A stretch of 64,000 bases of DNA, taken from contig JAHRHZ010000034.1 in NCBI GenBank assembly GCA_024137785.1, positions 25,142,427 to 25,206,426 on the forward strand, in the 5' to 3' direction. The translations under genes and the position numbers were made by a program. The DNA comes from Ginglymostoma cirratum. Lineage: Eukaryota. The first letter of the stretch is position 1. Each line of letters starts with the position of its first letter. The notes under the pieces are model-generated. The model searched no databases and was not told the DNA's origin. It saw only the letters and a program-made list of their open reading frames with translations. Below, piece by piece: positions 61,540 to 64,000 of the stretch.

Positions 61540-63315
61540 ATCTTCAATTCAAATGAAAGAGGAGGAGGAGGCTCCACAAATGTCCCCATCCTCAATGATG
61601 GAAGAGCCCAGCACATAGTACAAAAAATAAGGCTGAAGCTTTTGCTACAATCTTCAGCCAGAAGTGCCAAGTCGATGATCTTACTCGGCCTCCTCCAGTA
61701 GTCCCCAGCAGTTTCGATACCAGTCTTCAGCCAATTCGATTCACCCCACATAATATCAAGAAAAGGTTGGAGGCACTGAATACTGCAAAGACTATGGGCC
61801 CTAACAACATTCTGGCACTAGTACTGAAGACTTGTGCTCCAGAACTTGCTGCTCCCTTAGCCAAGCTCTTCCAATAGAGTTACAACACTGGTGTCTACAA
61901 TGTGGCAAATTGCCCAAGTATGCCCTGTACACAAAAAGCAGAACAAGTCCAACCCGGCCAATTACCGCCCCATCAGTCTACTCTCGATCATCAGTAAAGT
62001 GATTGAAGGTGTCATCAACAGCGCTATCAAGCAGCACCTGCTCAGCAATAACCTGCTCAGTGATGCCCATTTGGGTTCCACCAGGGCCACTCAGCTCCTG
62101 ACCTCATTACAGCCTCGGTTCAAACGTGGACAAAAGAGCTGAATTCCAGAAGTGAGGTGAGAATGACAGCCCTTGATTTCAAGGCTACATTTGACCGAGT
62201 GTGGCATCAAGGAGCCCAAGCAAAACTGGAATCAGTGGGTATCGGAGGCAAACTCTTTAATGGTTTGAGTCATACCTGACACATAGGAAAATGGCCGTGG
62301 TTGTTGGAAGTCAGTGTTCTCAGCTCCAGGACATCTCTGCAGGAGTTCCTCAGGGTAGTGTCCTCGGCCGAACCATCTTCAGCTGCTTCATCAATGACCT
62401 TCCCTCCATCATAAGGTCAGAAGTGGGGATGTTCACCAATGATTACAAAATGTTCAGCACCGTTTGCGACTCCTCAGGCACTGAAGCAGTCCATGTTCCC
62501 ATGCAACAAGATCCAAACAAAATCCAGGCTTGGGCTGACAAATGGCAAGTAACATTCGTGCCACACAAATGCCAGGCTATGACCATCACCAGTTGCCCCT
62601 TGACATTCAATGATGTTACCATCACTGAATCCTCCACTGTCAACATCCTGGGAGTTATTATTGATCAGAAACTCAACTGGACTCACCCTATAAATGCAAT
62701 GGTTACAAGAGCAGGTCAGAAGCTAGGAATACTGTGGCGAGTAATTCACCTCCTGACGCCTCAAACCATGTCCACCAACTACAAGGCACAAGTCTGGAGT
62801 GTGATGGAATACTCCCCACTTGCCTGGATGAGTGCAGCCCCAGCAACACTCAAGAAGCTTGACACCATCAAGGACAAAGCAGCCGGCTTGATTGGCACCA
62901 CATCCACAAGCATCCACTCTCTCCACCACCGACACTCAGTAGCAGCAGTGTGTACTATCTACAAGATACACTGCAGAAATTCACCAAAGATCCTCAGACA
63001 GCACCTTCCAAACCTACGATTCACTTCCATCTAGAAGGACAACGGCAACGGATATATGGGAACACCACTGTCTTCAAGTTCCCCTCATGCCACTCACCAT
63101 CCTGACTTGGAAATATATCACAGTTCCTTCACTGTCACTGGGTCAAAATCCTGGAATTCCCTCCCTAGTGGCATTGTGGGTCAACCAACAGCAGGTGGAC
63201 TACAACGGTTCAAGAAGGCAGCTCACCACCACCTTCTTAAGGGCATCTAAGGACGGGCAAGAAATGCTGGCCAGCCAGTGATGCCACATTCCATAAAATG
63301 AATTTTTTAAAAAAA
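61540..63315 (+). mobile_element. CR1/L2-group LINE, 5'-truncated ORF2 (RT) with complete 3' end
   Basis: WQIAQVCPVHKKQNKSNPANYRPISLLSIISKVIE; GVPQGSVLGRTIFSCFINDLP; GMFTND (FADD decayed); WADKWQVTFVPHKCQAM; LGVIIDQKLNW; YKAQVWSVMEYSPLAW. Few frameshifts. Tail ends gaattttttaaaaaa. Confidence 0.95.
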
Positions 63316-64000
63316 TCTACAATCATGTAGCACCTTTCACATGCACAGGCCATCCAGCAGCCAGTAAATGCTGTCCTTATTGTCGTGAAGGAACTGTGGC
63401 AGGCAGTTTGTACACAGTAAGCCAACATTGTTGTGATGATCACAGAATTGTTCCAATGCAGAAGTCGGCCAACCAGCCCATCACGACTGCATTGGCTCTA
63501 TTACCTCGTGCCAAATTCCTAACCTTTCCCCACTATCTTAGTAATCATCCAATGCCTCAGTTGAACCTGCTACTACCACATTTCCAGGCAGTACATTCCA
63601 TGCCGTAACCACTCACTGGGGAAAAAGTTTTTTTTCTCAAATCACCCTTGCTTCCTTTACACAGCACTTTATGGATGAGTGAATGATTCATGAATTAAAG
63701 ACGATGAATTATTGAATTAGAAGTAGGTTTATTGTCACATATGTCTCGGGAGATGCAGTGAAAAGTGTATCTTTAAGTCAATGCGCTCTCTTTATCTTTT
63801 GCGAGCTGATGACCAGATAATTTGCTTATTTGGTGATGTTTGTTGCAGAGTATATATTGTTCAAGACACTGGGGAGAGCTGTCCTGCTCTTTTTCAAAAT
63901 TGTGCCAAAAGAAAGGGCATCACCAACAGGTATTTCTAGTCAACCTGTTCAGAGATGTCATTACGTACCTGTGGAGCAGGTAGGACTTGAACCTGGACCT

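Noticed and set aside
62291-63034. 247-aa RT ORF as an active or domesticated gene
   Set aside because: The catalytic FADD motif is mutated to FTND, there are upstream frameshifts and stops, and it is 5'-truncated: an ordinary decayed LINE.
1-64000. CRISPR arrays, operons or prokaryotic defence systems
   Set aside because: Vertebrate intronic DNA; no regularly spaced repeat-spacer array or bacterial gene organisation seen.

Overview
Eukaryotic, non-bacterial DNA, almost certainly from a cartilaginous fish: it carries HE1 V-SINEs and SacSINE1-like Deu-SINEs. The window lies inside one large + strand neuropilin gene. Six coding exons are present: 17074-17229, 20131-20297, 32866-33021, 46390-46534, 54478-54809 and 58244-58388. 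They have AG/GT boundaries and compatible phases, and their sizes (156, 167, 156, 145, 332, 145 nt) match human NRP1 exons 5-10 as I recall them. They encode the end of CUB2 (a2) and the two FA58C domains (b1, b2). Exons 1-4 and 11 onward were not found. The introns are dense with decayed retroelements (CR1, a second CR1/L2-group LINE, Rex1/Babar, RTE, Penelope-like elements, three or more SINE families) plus PIF/Harbinger-like debris, and there are three N-gaps. Most interesting signals: (1) a LINE whose endonuclease begins about 420 nt behind a tRNA-derived Pol III head with no ORF1, where the window's most common SINE looks like that LINE's 5' end joined to its 3' end; (2) many Penelope pLTR units with minimal, dimer-type hammerhead ribozyme cores, several as tiny TSD-flanked insertions with inverted halves, and one young sense-strand copy with an intact core; (3) the neuropilin has NRP1 exon sizes but several NRP2-type peptide blocks, so it may be a divergent paralog. 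All reference comparisons are from memory and all repeat borders are by eye (approximate).
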